Shown: positions 49,169 through 58,372 of the stretch, piece after piece
Position numbering within the stretch: position 1 is the stretch's first letter
How the letters are laid out: the number at the start of each line of letters is the position of its first letter
IMG/VR virus record: IMGVR_UViG_3300002835_000011
DNA: 64,000 nt
Direction: 5' to 3' (one strand)
Source of the DNA: an uncultured virus (IMG/VR IMGVR_UViG_3300002835_000011)
Taxonomy: Duplodnaviria; Heunggongvirae; Uroviricota; Caudoviricetes
Notes under the pieces: model-generated
What the model saw: only the letters and a program-made list of their open reading frames with translations
What the model was told of the DNA's origin: nothing
Database searches by the model: none
Made by a program: the position numbers and the translations under genes

Positions 49169-49729
49169 ATGGAGGGAAATATATCCGATATTTTAAATCA
49201 CTGTAATAAGTGGCACTCTCTAGGGGTTAAAACCTACATCTGTAAGGTGGAAAAGGTGTTCGGAATAAGGAAACTTTATAAAGATTCGATAGAATTTTCT
49301 CCAGAATTTATCGAATTTCCTGAAAAAATTCCCACTGGATACAATTTTTTAGGAGTCTCTTTGAGAGAATCTGGTCTTATGTGTCTAGACATAGAGGGAA
49401 CTCCTGGATCTTTGAGCGATTTTTTGGCCATCTTAGATGAAAAATCTATAAAAATTGATGATTTTTTAGTGGAAACAACACTCAATAGCGGGATCCACAT
49501 GTATTTTAAAGCACCACCAAAGAAGGTTAATAGGAATGTGTATGCTATTAAATATAATAGGATAAATTTTGATATACTTTTTAATGGTAAGTCGTTCTCA
49601 GTTCCCTCTGAGTATGGAGGTAAATCATATAAATTCATCAACAAATCCATATTTGACATTAACTCTCTGGAAGATATACAAGAATTCCCTGCTTCTTTAA
49701 ATTTTCTATTAAAAATTAGAGATAGATAG
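49169..49729 (+). CDS. standalone Prim-Pol (bifunctional DNA primase/polymerase N-terminal)-like domain
   Basis: N.LGV......MCLDIE; VETT.NSG.H.YF; S.PS. Confidence 0.7.
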   Translation: MEGNISDILNHCNKWHSLGVKTYICKVEKVFGIRKLYKDSIEFSPEFIEFPEKIPTGYNFLGVSLRESGLMCLDIEGTPGSLSDFLAILDEKSIKIDDFLVETTLNSGIHMYFKAPPKKVNRNVYAIKYNRINFDILFNGKSFSVPSEYGGKSYKFINKSIFDINSLEDIQEFPASLNFLLKIRDR

Positions 49730-49746
49730 ATCATACAATTAAAAAT

Positions 49747-50430
49747 ATGGAATTAAAGAAATTTATACTTATCCCGGATGGACATTATGGATATCCGGAA
49801 TCTGTTCAAGGAGATACTCCCCGTAGTCATTCGGAATTAGTAAAAATGTATAGAGAAGCTGGATATTCTGGATACAATATGGGTGACGGAGATTCAGAAG
49901 AGCCAGATTCAGACGATTATGAAACTGAAGAGGAATATCAAGCGGCAATGAAAGAATGGAATGAGGAGAACAATTCCAACGCAGAATGGATTTTCAATGA
50001 TTACGGAAACTTTGATGTTTTCCATAATGCCTATAGTATGTTGTGTGATCCTTCAGTGAAGCCAGATGATATTCTTGAAAGCATTTTCGATTACGATAGC
50101 ACTTCGTGTCATGAGGATTTTATGATCGAGGCTTCTAAACAGGAGGGTGTTGCTTATATTATGTCTTCAGGATATGATGATGACATTGCAATAAGTGGCG
50201 AGATATTTGGGACTAGCGAATCCGATGGGGAAGCTCCAAAAATTATATCTGATGTAATAGTAAGAGAATACAAAGAGAAAAATCCGCAGATCGGAATTAT
50301 ATACTCGGATGTGTTAAAAGAAATGCCAGAAATAGAGGATATCATATCATCTATACTTTCACCAGAGGATATGGCGAACCTTAAAAATTTAGGATCTGGA
50401 GGATCGCTACTAAGAACATTCGGATTTTAA
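49747..50430 (+). CDS. acidic protein with C-terminal GGSLLRTFGF tag
   Basis: ORF track. Confidence 0.8.
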   Translation: MELKKFILIPDGHYGYPESVQGDTPRSHSELVKMYREAGYSGYNMGDGDSEEPDSDDYETEEEYQAAMKEWNEENNSNAEWIFNDYGNFDVFHNAYSMLCDPSVKPDDILESIFDYDSTSCHEDFMIEASKQEGVAYIMSSGYDDDIAISGEIFGTSESDGEAPKIISDVIVREYKEKNPQIGIIYSDVLKEMPEIEDIISSILSPEDMANLKNLGSGGSLLRTFGF

Positions 50431-50973
50431 CTCAGGATCCCAATCTATAAGAAGGTGTATTCTATCGGATACACCTTTATTTTGTACGCTGTGTGGGCAT
50501 CTAACATTACTTATTTCCCAAATCTCTCCCTCCTTCATATTTTTTATCTCTCCATCGATCTCAAAAAAACATTGGTCATTTGATATTATTGGAATGTGTA
50601 TTCTGTGGCATCTATTAAATCTCCCACCTATCGGGTTTGCATCAATGTGTCTTCCTATTGATTTACCAGCGGGTAGGTTTATAAATATAGCACTCATAAA
50701 ATCTCCCTCCTCGCAAAGGGAACTTCTGATGAGGAATTCTATCTTTTTGAGATCCTCTTTAAATGTATTATAATAAGGCTCCCATTTCTTTTGAGATTTA
50801 AAATCCTCTGACCATATTATAGGAATGGTCTTTGTTTCGGAGTGATCTTTATATCTCAACTGTCTGAAATTGTAATCATCCCAGTCAAAATTTTGGGATA
50901 AAATCTTGTCCCTTATCTTGGAGATATCAGTCTCTCCGATAAAATTATATTTTAAGTCACCTGGAAGTATCAA
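50410..50973 (-). CDS. aspartyl/asparaginyl beta-hydroxylase-like 2OG-Fe(II) oxygenase
   Basis: I..HID, RIHIPI..N, GE.WE..N...HSV.N.G...RIHL. Confidence 0.85.
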   Translation of the reverse strand: MILPGDLKYNFIGETDISKIRDKILSQNFDWDDYNFRQLRYKDHSETKTIPIIWSEDFKSQKKWEPYYNTFKEDLKKIEFLIRSSLCEEGDFMSAIFINLPAGKSIGRHIDANPIGGRFNRCHRIHIPIISNDQCFFEIDGEIKNMKEGEIWEISNVRCPHSVQNKGVSDRIHLLIDWDPELKSECS

Positions 50974-51011
50974 TCTGTGATATATATAAGATATAAATAT
51001 AAGATATAATC

Positions 51012-51410
51012 ATGAAATATATCAAATTATTCGAGGCATTTACAAACCAGAATTACAGAGAATCTATAAAAGGAGAGGAAAACTTATCTACTAAGAGAGC
51101 TAATGGATCTATAAACTGGTTTACTGAAAACGAAATCCTAGATATAAGACACAGAGCTAAAGAATTAGGTGTATCGCACATTTCTGAAAAAAATCGTGGA
51201 GGTGTCAGGAGCTTTTTTGGTGATGCTACAGGAAGAGGAGGATTAAGAGAATCTATAATTAACTTCCTAAAAGGTGGTAATTTATGTAACGAGGTAAATA
51301 TAACAACACAAGCAGGAAGATACAATATAGTTAAAACCAAAGGGGATTTTATTCTAAACGGGAAAAATACAGGAAATTCTATTACTCCCCTTCTAAGCAT
51401 GATTAGATAA
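51012..51410 (+). CDS. hypothetical protein with MKYIKLFE leader
   Basis: GATATATA upstream. Confidence 0.8.
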   Translation: MKYIKLFEAFTNQNYRESIKGEENLSTKRANGSINWFTENEILDIRHRAKELGVSHISEKNRGGVRSFFGDATGRGGLRESIINFLKGGNLCNEVNITTQAGRYNIVKTKGDFILNGKNTGNSITPLLSMIR

Positions 51411-51411
51411 T

Positions 51412-51762
51412 ATGAAAACATACAAACTGGGTATAATCGAAATCATGGCTAACGATCTATCAATTAATATTGGTGGTCAAAATAGTTTCGGTAGATTAAC
51501 ATTCACAGAAAGCGAAGCAATAGCAGAAAGCCTTGGTAAGGGATGGAGAATACCATCCATAGAGGAACTAGAATTTATCCAGCAATACTATGATCTAGAC
51601 GTTTTAAATCTTTCAAAGGAGGCGTATTGGACTATAGATAGAGAAATAAATGACGAGCCCACAAGTGAATCATGGGCAATTGGGTATTATTTCTCATTTA
51701 AAAAGAAGGGAGGAATACCCAAATCTGAAAGAATAAAAGCAAGATTAGTCCGTTCCATATAA
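51412..51762 (+). CDS. DUF1566/Lcl-like protein
   Basis: GWRIPSIEEL...YWT...ARLVR; related to 2973-3332. Confidence 0.7.
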   Translation: MKTYKLGIIEIMANDLSINIGGQNSFGRLTFTESEAIAESLGKGWRIPSIEELEFIQQYYDLDVLNLSKEAYWTIDREINDEPTSESWAIGYYFSFKKKGGIPKSERIKARLVRSI

Positions 51763-51848
51763 TCTACATTTTTTATTGTTTGATAAAATAATATTCTAAA
51801 TCATTTTTTCTACCACTTCTATTTTTCTATCTTTGCAAAAACAAAGAT

Positions 51849-52193
51849 ATGCCTTTAAATTACGATCTTAACAGAATCAAGGGGTACAAAAGACTTTATA
51901 AGAAGAGTGATACGGGTGGTGTTGAGTTAAAGCCAATTCCTAAAACTATAATATTGTCCACAATGAGTGTGGGGATGAGAGAAATAACTGAAGATAACTA
52001 TAAAAAATTCTTCAACCGATTAAGAGTTATCGAAACCATATATGGATCTTTCTTCGTCGTAAAAACAAAGCGGGGGTTTAAACAAAAGTATATTACTGAG
52101 GACGATGTAAAGGCTATGATAGGCCTTCAAACTAATGCTTCAGAAATTAGCAGATCTAAATTTCTTGCAAGGATAGAAAAGGAACTACTATAA
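51849..52193 (+). CDS. hypothetical phage protein (VG...IT..N...F..R...IGL.TN)
   Basis: ORF track; early promoter upstream. Confidence 0.8.
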   Translation: MPLNYDLNRIKGYKRLYKKSDTGGVELKPIPKTIILSTMSVGMREITEDNYKKFFNRLRVIETIYGSFFVVKTKRGFKQKYITEDDVKAMIGLQTNASEISRSKFLARIEKELL

Positions 52194-52216
52194 CTAAACA
52201 CACAAACATAACCACT

Positions 52217-52624
52217 ATGACAAAAGAAGAAATCTCTCAATCACTAAAAGAAATTTCCAAAGAACAATTCAAACTAGAGAGCAAAAGAAGAAAATTAAAT
52301 TCCATTCTTAATAATATAGAATCGGATGAGAAGATGTCCAAAGCAAAAGAATTCGAGGGTAAGTATTTTATCGAAAAGGAGGATCGACACTTCTCTCAAT
52401 ATGTGAGATGCTTATTTATATACGCTATAGATCCTAATCTATATTCACAGATAGCTTTAAAAATTACCTACTCATCCAACCCTGATGATGGGCATTATTC
52501 AATCGAGGATTATAGGCATTTTGACCCAAAGGACACATCATGGGAAGAGACTGATAAGGAAACATTTGAGTTCCATTATAATAATGTTAAACAAATAATG
52601 GATAATTTAATCGGACAAAAATAG
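52217..52624 (+). CDS. hypothetical protein
   Basis: ORF track. Confidence 0.75.
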   Translation: MTKEEISQSLKEISKEQFKLESKRRKLNSILNNIESDEKMSKAKEFEGKYFIEKEDRHFSQYVRCLFIYAIDPNLYSQIALKITYSSNPDDGHYSIEDYRHFDPKDTSWEETDKETFEFHYNNVKQIMDNLIGQK

Positions 52625-52727
52625 TTATGCTAGATATACTGTTTGGATGGAGATTGTGGAGCAAAAAAGGTAGAATGAAATCTTCCTATTCGAAATTTTT
52701 ATCTAAATTTACAATATATAATAATAA

Positions 52728-53149
52728 GGGCCCGTTTTTGGATTTGACAGGCGGAGGTAGTTCTTTGAAGTGATGCAGGCAGGGTTAGATTGGAAATCCT
52801 TAATTACCTATCAAACAATAAACGCAAACGTTTACAACACCGAGGATATCATGAGTATCCCAACTTCTCTTACTCGCGTAGCGGTAGCAGAAGAGGCTGA
52901 GTTGCTAATGGCAGCTTAACCGGCGGGCCGCACCGGCCTAGGAACAGAAAGGTGATGGTGGAGTCAGGTCTTACCTTAAAGACCGAAACGGAAATTCGGC
53001 TCATACCGAAGAGTACACAGACTGAGCATTAAGTTTGTAATAAAAGAAATGCAAAAAAGTTTGTCCGTGTCGAACAACGGACTAAGCCTGTGAATGAGTT
53101 TCTTGAGCATTCGATCTGGACGAGGGTTCGACTCCCTCCGGGTCCACCA
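52728..53149 (+). ncRNA. ssrA: tmRNA
   Basis: acceptor GGGCCCG/CGGGTCC-A-CCA with G3.U pair; GGATTTGAC; T-arm GAGGG-TTCGACT-CCCTC; tag ORF 52824-52919 after ATAAAC, ending in MAA-stop. Confidence 0.95.
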
Positions 53150-53230
53150 GCCCACATTTCGTATTGTTTCCTAGATTATATTTCTAGGAAACAAACGATT
53201 GGGTATTCAATTTATTCTTATTTTTACATC

Positions 53231-53512
53231 ATGGATATCACACAAAAACAATTAAAGGAAGCAATCACTAAAGTATCCATCTACATAGGAGAAGATAGAG
53301 CATACGGGGAGCTATTAAAAATAGAGAACTTTCCTGAGCTATGTAAGAAAATGTCTTATGATCTTTTTGTTAGAGGTGTAACTGAATCTAATGCAATGAA
53401 TGACAATGAAGTATTTACATCTATTGTAATGATTCGCAAGTATTGTCAGGCATTACATAGAGATGGTTTTTTTGAGTTTAAATCAGATAATCCAGGACAT
53501 GCAGGACTTTAA
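53231..53512 (+). CDS. hypothetical protein
   Basis: start MDITQ downstream of tmRNA. Confidence 0.7.
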   Translation: MDITQKQLKEAITKVSIYIGEDRAYGELLKIENFPELCKKMSYDLFVRGVTESNAMNDNEVFTSIVMIRKYCQALHRDGFFEFKSDNPGHAGL

Positions 53513-53858
53513 TAAGGAAGAGGGTAAAACGTACGTTGTACACTTTAAAAAGTACTCCCACGATGTTTATATAGGAAGACCTAGTAAATGGGCTAATCCC
53601 TATACACACAAGGATCTGGATAAAACGAAAGCCAAATATCAAGTTGCATCTAGAAAGGAAGCAATAGAAGGGTACGAGAGACACCTTTCTGAGAGTGGGC
53701 TTATAAATGACATCGAAGAATTAAGAGGTAAGGTGTTAGGATGCTGGTGCTGTAATAAGCCCGCAGATGGATCAGAAAAGAATTTCCTTTGTCATGGTCA
53801 AGTCATAGCAAAATATCTTAATAACGAGCTTAAAAACAAGCAAAAACAATTACTATAA
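53499..53858 (+). CDS. DUF4326 domain protein
   Basis: DVYIGRPSKW.NP...LRGK.LGCWC...CHG.V. Confidence 0.9.
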   Translation: MQDFNKEEGKTYVVHFKKYSHDVYIGRPSKWANPYTHKDLDKTKAKYQVASRKEAIEGYERHLSESGLINDIEELRGKVLGCWCCNKPADGSEKNFLCHGQVIAKYLNNELKNKQKQLL

Positions 53859-54100
53859 TGAGCAGATACGTTGTAGATCTAGAAGAAAATAAAGAATTCG
53901 TTTATGGATGGGATCATGCACTTGGTTACTTCTATGAATTGTGGGATCACTCCCTAGGTGAAGAAGATTACGAAAAGCTAGTCGAGGATAAATCTTACTT
54001 TCTTAATAAGTTAAGCAAAGGGGATATGCTTGAAGCTATGGAGAAATATGGTGCTAAGAAGGAGCATTTAGAAAAAGCGGCTATGGATTTACCTTTTTAA
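53858..54100 (+). CDS. hypothetical phage protein (MSRY...YGWD..LGYF)
   Basis: ORF track. Confidence 0.8.
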   Translation: MSRYVVDLEENKEFVYGWDHALGYFYELWDHSLGEEDYEKLVEDKSYFLNKLSKGDMLEAMEKYGAKKEHLEKAAMDLPF

Positions 54101-54136
54101 ATTACACAAAGCTTCTTTTTATAACATATCGATTTA

Positions 54137-54553
54137 TCAAACACTCTTTATTTCGTAATCAAAATGATTAATTGATCCTGACTCGTAATGAAAGAGATCA
54201 TTAATTGCGGAACAAAAATGATCAAGTATATCTTGATCACTAATTTCCTTCCAGTACTTGTCTAAAAATTCTCTTATATTTAAATTGAGTCTACAAAATT
54301 CCTTTAACTTAAATAGATAATATCCGTGGTCTGCATCTTCAGGATCTGCCCAGTCTTCACCACCAGATAACGAACTTAGTAAATTGAAAAAAATATCTCT
54401 GAGGTCATCTTCATTTACGCTAAAATGCCCACTTTGGTGCCATTCCTCAGTTAGAATATTATAAAGCATTTCTGTTCTAGACTTTGCCTCTATTCCTAAA
54501 AAGAAAACCTCATCGTTGCTCTCCTCGTCGATAAATGTTACCTCGTATTTCAT
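54137..54553 (-). CDS. acidic hypothetical protein
   Basis: ORF track. Confidence 0.75.
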   Translation of the reverse strand: MKYEVTFIDEESNDEVFFLGIEAKSRTEMLYNILTEEWHQSGHFSVNEDDLRDIFFNLLSSLSGGEDWADPEDADHGYYLFKLKEFCRLNLNIREFLDKYWKEISDQDILDHFCSAINDLFHYESGSINHFDYEIKSV

Positions 54554-54555
54554 TT

Positions 54556-55161
54556 CTATTTCTTTATTAGGTATCCGGATAAATTACTTGAAAGATCTAT
54601 AACTTCTATCTGAAGATCTTCTGTGATTTCCACTTTGTGCTTAACCGTATGTAACTGTATGAATCCTATTAGTTGTCCAGTAAGGCTTCTTATCGGAGCA
54701 CTGAATATTTGTAATATTCCTTCTTCCGTTACTCTTCCTCTAATGTAGTCTAAAACAGGATCTTCAGCATCTACGCTAAAGAATTCTTTCTCGCTAAGGT
54801 GTTTCATGAGAGATGGGTGTTCCGTTACGAATACATTTTGATTGTGTTCCTTAGATTTAGAAACCCCGTGAGCTACTGATTCAAAAGTCTGTGAGTACTT
54901 TTTCATAGGTATTCCATGAAAAAATTTACCCCCATTATGAAACTGGAATATACCGACTCTATCGAATTTCCATTTTTCTCTGAAATTATTTAAAAACTCT
55001 TGAACCTCTAACATTGAGTCTATATCCTGTTGTGATATTCTCTCATAGTTTTCTTCGTCGCTATCTTTTTTCTTACTATCTAGGAAGTGTTTAAGCCACA
55101 CAGTTCCAAAAGCAACTACCACCGAGAAAATACCGGTGATTATAATTTGTAAGATCTCCAT
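54556..55161 (-). CDS. N-terminal TM plus GAF-like domain; putative T4 gpT-type holin
   Basis: TM at residues 3-23; DRV.IFQFHNG...K.S...E; API....Q.IGFI. Confidence 0.55.
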   Translation of the reverse strand: MEILQIIITGIFSVVVAFGTVWLKHFLDSKKKDSDEENYERISQQDIDSMLEVQEFLNNFREKWKFDRVGIFQFHNGGKFFHGIPMKKYSQTFESVAHGVSKSKEHNQNVFVTEHPSLMKHLSEKEFFSVDAEDPVLDYIRGRVTEEGILQIFSAPIRSLTGQLIGFIQLHTVKHKVEITEDLQIEVIDLSSNLSGYLIKK

Positions 55162-55177
55162 TATTATTTTCTCCTTC

Positions 55178-55894
55178 TTAGTTTTCTTCTTCTCCTCCGA
55201 ATAATCCGAAGCCTTTTAAAATTGATGATCCTTGACCGAGATCTGAGTCTTTTAAACTAGGAGGCAATGAAACCTGTTTAACAATTGTTGGTGATGAAGA
55301 AAGCTTCCCAACTCTAGGATCTGAAGGAATCTCAGCATCTTTAAAGTGCTTAATTACTGTTGGGTCATCTTTCATTTTTCTTTGAATAAGCTCTTTGTAT
55401 GTTTCTGAGCTATAAAGTTCAGTATCAGTAACAGGAAATCCTTGCTGTCTAATAGCATATTTAATCAAGAAACTCATCTTGTAGATATAATCCTCTATAG
55501 TCATACAAGATCTAGTTAAATCAGTGTTTAGTCTAGGGAATTCTGCTGAGTTGTTAGGTCCTTCGTTTACTCTAACTGCTCCATCATGCTTGATATTAAA
55601 GTGTGGATAACCTTCAGGAGCATTACCAGAAGCTCTTCTTGTTAATCTCATTCCTTTAAATACTGGGTGATAAAATGAAAGGTTACCCATTCTGTCTCTA
55701 TGACTTCTTTCCTCGTCTGTAGCCATTGCTAGGATACCCGCTGGATTATCTGCTATAACTTCGATCCATCCCATTCCAATCATATCTTGATATGTTTCTG
55801 AATCTCTTACTGGTTTAAAACTTAAAACTGGACATTTTTTAGGCCTTCTAACTTCTTGAAGGGTTCTAAAACTCTTATAATTTTTAACTTTCAT
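55178..55894 (-). CDS. hypothetical protein with leader and C-terminal GSSILKGFG tag
   Basis: start MKVKNYKSF after GATATATA. Confidence 0.8.
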   Translation of the reverse strand: MKVKNYKSFRTLQEVRRPKKCPVLSFKPVRDSETYQDMIGMGWIEVIADNPAGILAMATDEERSHRDRMGNLSFYHPVFKGMRLTRRASGNAPEGYPHFNIKHDGAVRVNEGPNNSAEFPRLNTDLTRSCMTIEDYIYKMSFLIKYAIRQQGFPVTDTELYSSETYKELIQRKMKDDPTVIKHFKDAEIPSDPRVGKLSSSPTIVKQVSLPPSLKDSDLGQGSSILKGFGLFGGEEEN

Positions 55895-56167
55895 GAGTTT
55901 TGTTTTTCTTCTATATATCAAAATTGTCGCGGGACTCCGGGGTTTTTTGACAGAAGGTGAAACTTTTCCGTCCATTACGAATAAATAATATATCCCAGCA
56001 AAAGTTTTATGACTTTTTGCTTCTCCATATCTCTAAAAAAGACCGGTTCTTCTGAGCCGGTTTTTTGTTGCTCCCTATACGATTTCTGTAGAAAAAATTA
56101 GTTAAAAAATCATTTAATTATATGGCTTTTAAGAAATTATACCAAAAAATAGTAATATATATGTTGA

Positions 56168-57175
56168 ATGCGGAGAAAAACTGTTGACGTTTATAAACAG
56201 GAATTCGAAGAATATTTTAGAACTAAACTAATTAGTTCTACTATCTCTAAAAAATTTCTAATTTCGTTCTATTCACATATAAGTGAGAATGAAAGGTCTT
56301 TTAAAAAATTCTGGGAATTCATAAAGGATAACCAGGATAAGGAGATAAGAGAGTCTTTGCTACTATTGAACAACTTTATAGTTACGGAAAAAAAACTCAA
56401 CAAAACATTCTATTTTGTAGCGGATTGGTCACATTCATACTTAGGACCAGGAGAAATAATGTGTTTATTACTATCGAATAAGACATATAGTGGGGGCAAA
56501 AGAAACCCAGATCTCCTTTTCTTAGATTCTAGCAGAAGAATAGAGATTAAATCATATGCTGAAAACTTTAGACTAACTGAAGCAACGTCATTTTTTACAG
56601 ATCTAGGAACTATAATACAGGCATTAGTACAGGGAGGGTTTTTGAATAGTCTAACTGATGCTAACAATAACGAACTAAGAAAAGGTTTAAGACATTTCTG
56701 TGAAAGCTTTCTCTGCCCAAGAGGTTACATAGAGCTAAATAGTAACATATGGAAGCTGGAGTCCAAGACAGATGACACTATAGTTTTTAAATTAAGTCCT
56801 GAATCTCCCCAGGAATACATTAACTATTCAATGGTTAGAAACTCTTTAAGAAATTGGCTCGGACGTGGCCTTTTAAGTGTAAGTCTTGCGAGTATAATAG
56901 ATCCAAACAGAACTTCAAGAATACAAAAGAAGGAGCTAAATGATTATGTAAATAATATAATGGGGGTAGGAGAGCTAGCTCCGATACCTCTGGAGCAATA
57001 TTTCATATTATGTGCTCTGGATTCTATGATCATATATGAATCTAAGAATAAGGAAGAGCCTTTCCAATATATAACGTTTGCAGATCTTAATAAGTTTATA
57101 TTAGATAGAATAGGACAGGCTAAGATCTCTTATAAAAAGAAGTCATCTATTAAGTCTAGGAGATCTAAAAAGTAG
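56168..57175 (+). CDS. PD-(D/E)XK nuclease-like protein
   Basis: GPGE...GG...PD.......IEIK. Confidence 0.6.
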   Translation: MRRKTVDVYKQEFEEYFRTKLISSTISKKFLISFYSHISENERSFKKFWEFIKDNQDKEIRESLLLLNNFIVTEKKLNKTFYFVADWSHSYLGPGEIMCLLLSNKTYSGGKRNPDLLFLDSSRRIEIKSYAENFRLTEATSFFTDLGTIIQALVQGGFLNSLTDANNNELRKGLRHFCESFLCPRGYIELNSNIWKLESKTDDTIVFKLSPESPQEYINYSMVRNSLRNWLGRGLLSVSLASIIDPNRTSRIQKKELNDYVNNIMGVGELAPIPLEQYFILCALDSMIIYESKNKEEPFQYITFADLNKFILDRIGQAKISYKKKSSIKSRRSKK

Positions 57176-57319
57176 AGGATTATCATTCTTATCTTCTTCC
57201 TTCGTATCTTTTCCCTCTAGAAACCCCATATAGCTAGGCTTCGTAGATATCCTACTAGCAGAATCTCTTGCAAGAAGCCAGTTTTTATAAGTTTTAATAC
57301 GTCTTTTTTTCTTTCTCAT
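57143..57319 (-). CDS. 58-aa basic peptide
   Basis: MRKKKRRIKTYKNWLL...; GATATATAG upstream; manual translation. Confidence 0.45.
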   Translation of the reverse strand: MRKKKRRIKTYKNWLLARDSASRISTKPSYMGFLEGKDTKEEDKNDNPLLFRSPRLNR

Positions 57320-57420
57320 CCTAATCTATATATCAAAGTACTAAACCACTTTAAAAAGCGTTTAAACGAAACTTTTTGGATGTATATGAGTATAAATTAT
57401 ATAATCAAAAAACAAAAAAA

Positions 57421-57720
57421 ATGAGCACAAAAGCAAAGAAAACCGTTAAGCCTACGGCAAAGGCTAATTCAGTTAAAGCAACTTCTAAAACAGTAAAGGT
57501 TGTTGCTAAGTCAGCACCAGCTAAAACTGTTTCTAAGAAAGCTAAAACTAATAGAAACACTATTGCAGTTATCCAATTTACTCCAAGAGGAAGAAGAATT
57601 AGAAAATACAATTCTATGTCCGATGCAGAAAGAGCAACTGGTGTTAACACTGGTTCAATCTCTAAAGTAGTTCGCGGAATCATGAAAACTGCTGGTGGTT
57701 TTGTTTGGGCTAACGCTTAA
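57421..57720 (+). CDS. K/A-rich histone-H1-like tail plus NUMOD1 HTH DNA-binding protein
   Basis: V.QFT..G..I..Y.S...A...TG.....IS........TAGGFVW; terminator 57744-57764. Confidence 0.8.
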   Translation: MSTKAKKTVKPTAKANSVKATSKTVKVVAKSAPAKTVSKKAKTNRNTIAVIQFTPRGRRIRKYNSMSDAERATGVNTGSISKVVRGIMKTAGGFVWANA

Positions 57721-57858
57721 TAAAACTCATAACTAGAAAGATAAGGTCCTTCGGGACCTTTTTTTATTGCTTATTTTTTTAGAAATTGTTAGAAATCCTT
57801 TTTTTATCCATATAGAATGCTCTATATTTGTCTTGTCTAACAATTAAAAATAAAAATT

Positions 57859-58308
57859 ATGAAAACAAACATTTTTTCTAAAGTATTAAAATCGGGAGTG
57901 ATTTTATTATTTGCTCTACTTATCAGTAAAAATTCGTTCGCATCAGATCCGCCAGTTAATAAGAACTTCAATACTATCGTTGATTCAATTTCTGTAGTAA
58001 TGAAGGAAAAGTATGGATACGATCTTAAATTGGATCCGTCGCTTAAAAATGGATGCCTTAACTATTACAACGAGATCAAGGGAAAATCTGTAGATCCGGT
58101 AGAGGGACAGGCTCATATCCATTCTTCAGCACAAATTCCCTTGGAATATTACAACGATTTTCCTTATAGTTACTTTTACCAATGCGTTTCAAGAACTATT
58201 GAAAAACCTCAATTCTCTTGGTTTTTTGAAGCCTATAAACCAACTAAATTTTGGGTAGAGGAAGTGATTGTAGGGGATCAGTGCTATTTTATAGTAGCAC
58301 TGGACTAA
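57859..58308 (+). CDS. secreted protein (signal peptide), paralog of 59967-60410
   Basis: signal peptide ending SFA; LD.SL...C, FWVE, Y..VAL. Confidence 0.8.
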   Translation: MKTNIFSKVLKSGVILLFALLISKNSFASDPPVNKNFNTIVDSISVVMKEKYGYDLKLDPSLKNGCLNYYNEIKGKSVDPVEGQAHIHSSAQIPLEYYNDFPYSYFYQCVSRTIEKPQFSWFFEAYKPTKFWVEEVIVGDQCYFIVALD

Positions 58309-58372
58309 ATAGGAGCACAATAAAAAATCCATCCCTAGGGATGGATTTTTTGTGGGTTAAAGATTTATTATT

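Noticed and set aside
53090..53230. 5' part of ORF 53090-53512, or a separate tRNA
   Set aside because: This is the 3' tRNA-like end of the tmRNA plus a hairpin; the CDS more likely starts at 53231.
55925..56070. Possible sRNA (two hairpins and a terminator)
   Set aside because: It can be explained as ordinary terminator and promoter sequence between divergent genes; there is not enough evidence for more.
57421..57720. Homing endonuclease or intron
   Set aside because: Only a NUMOD1-like HTH is present, with no HNH or GIY-YIG domain and no interrupted gene.
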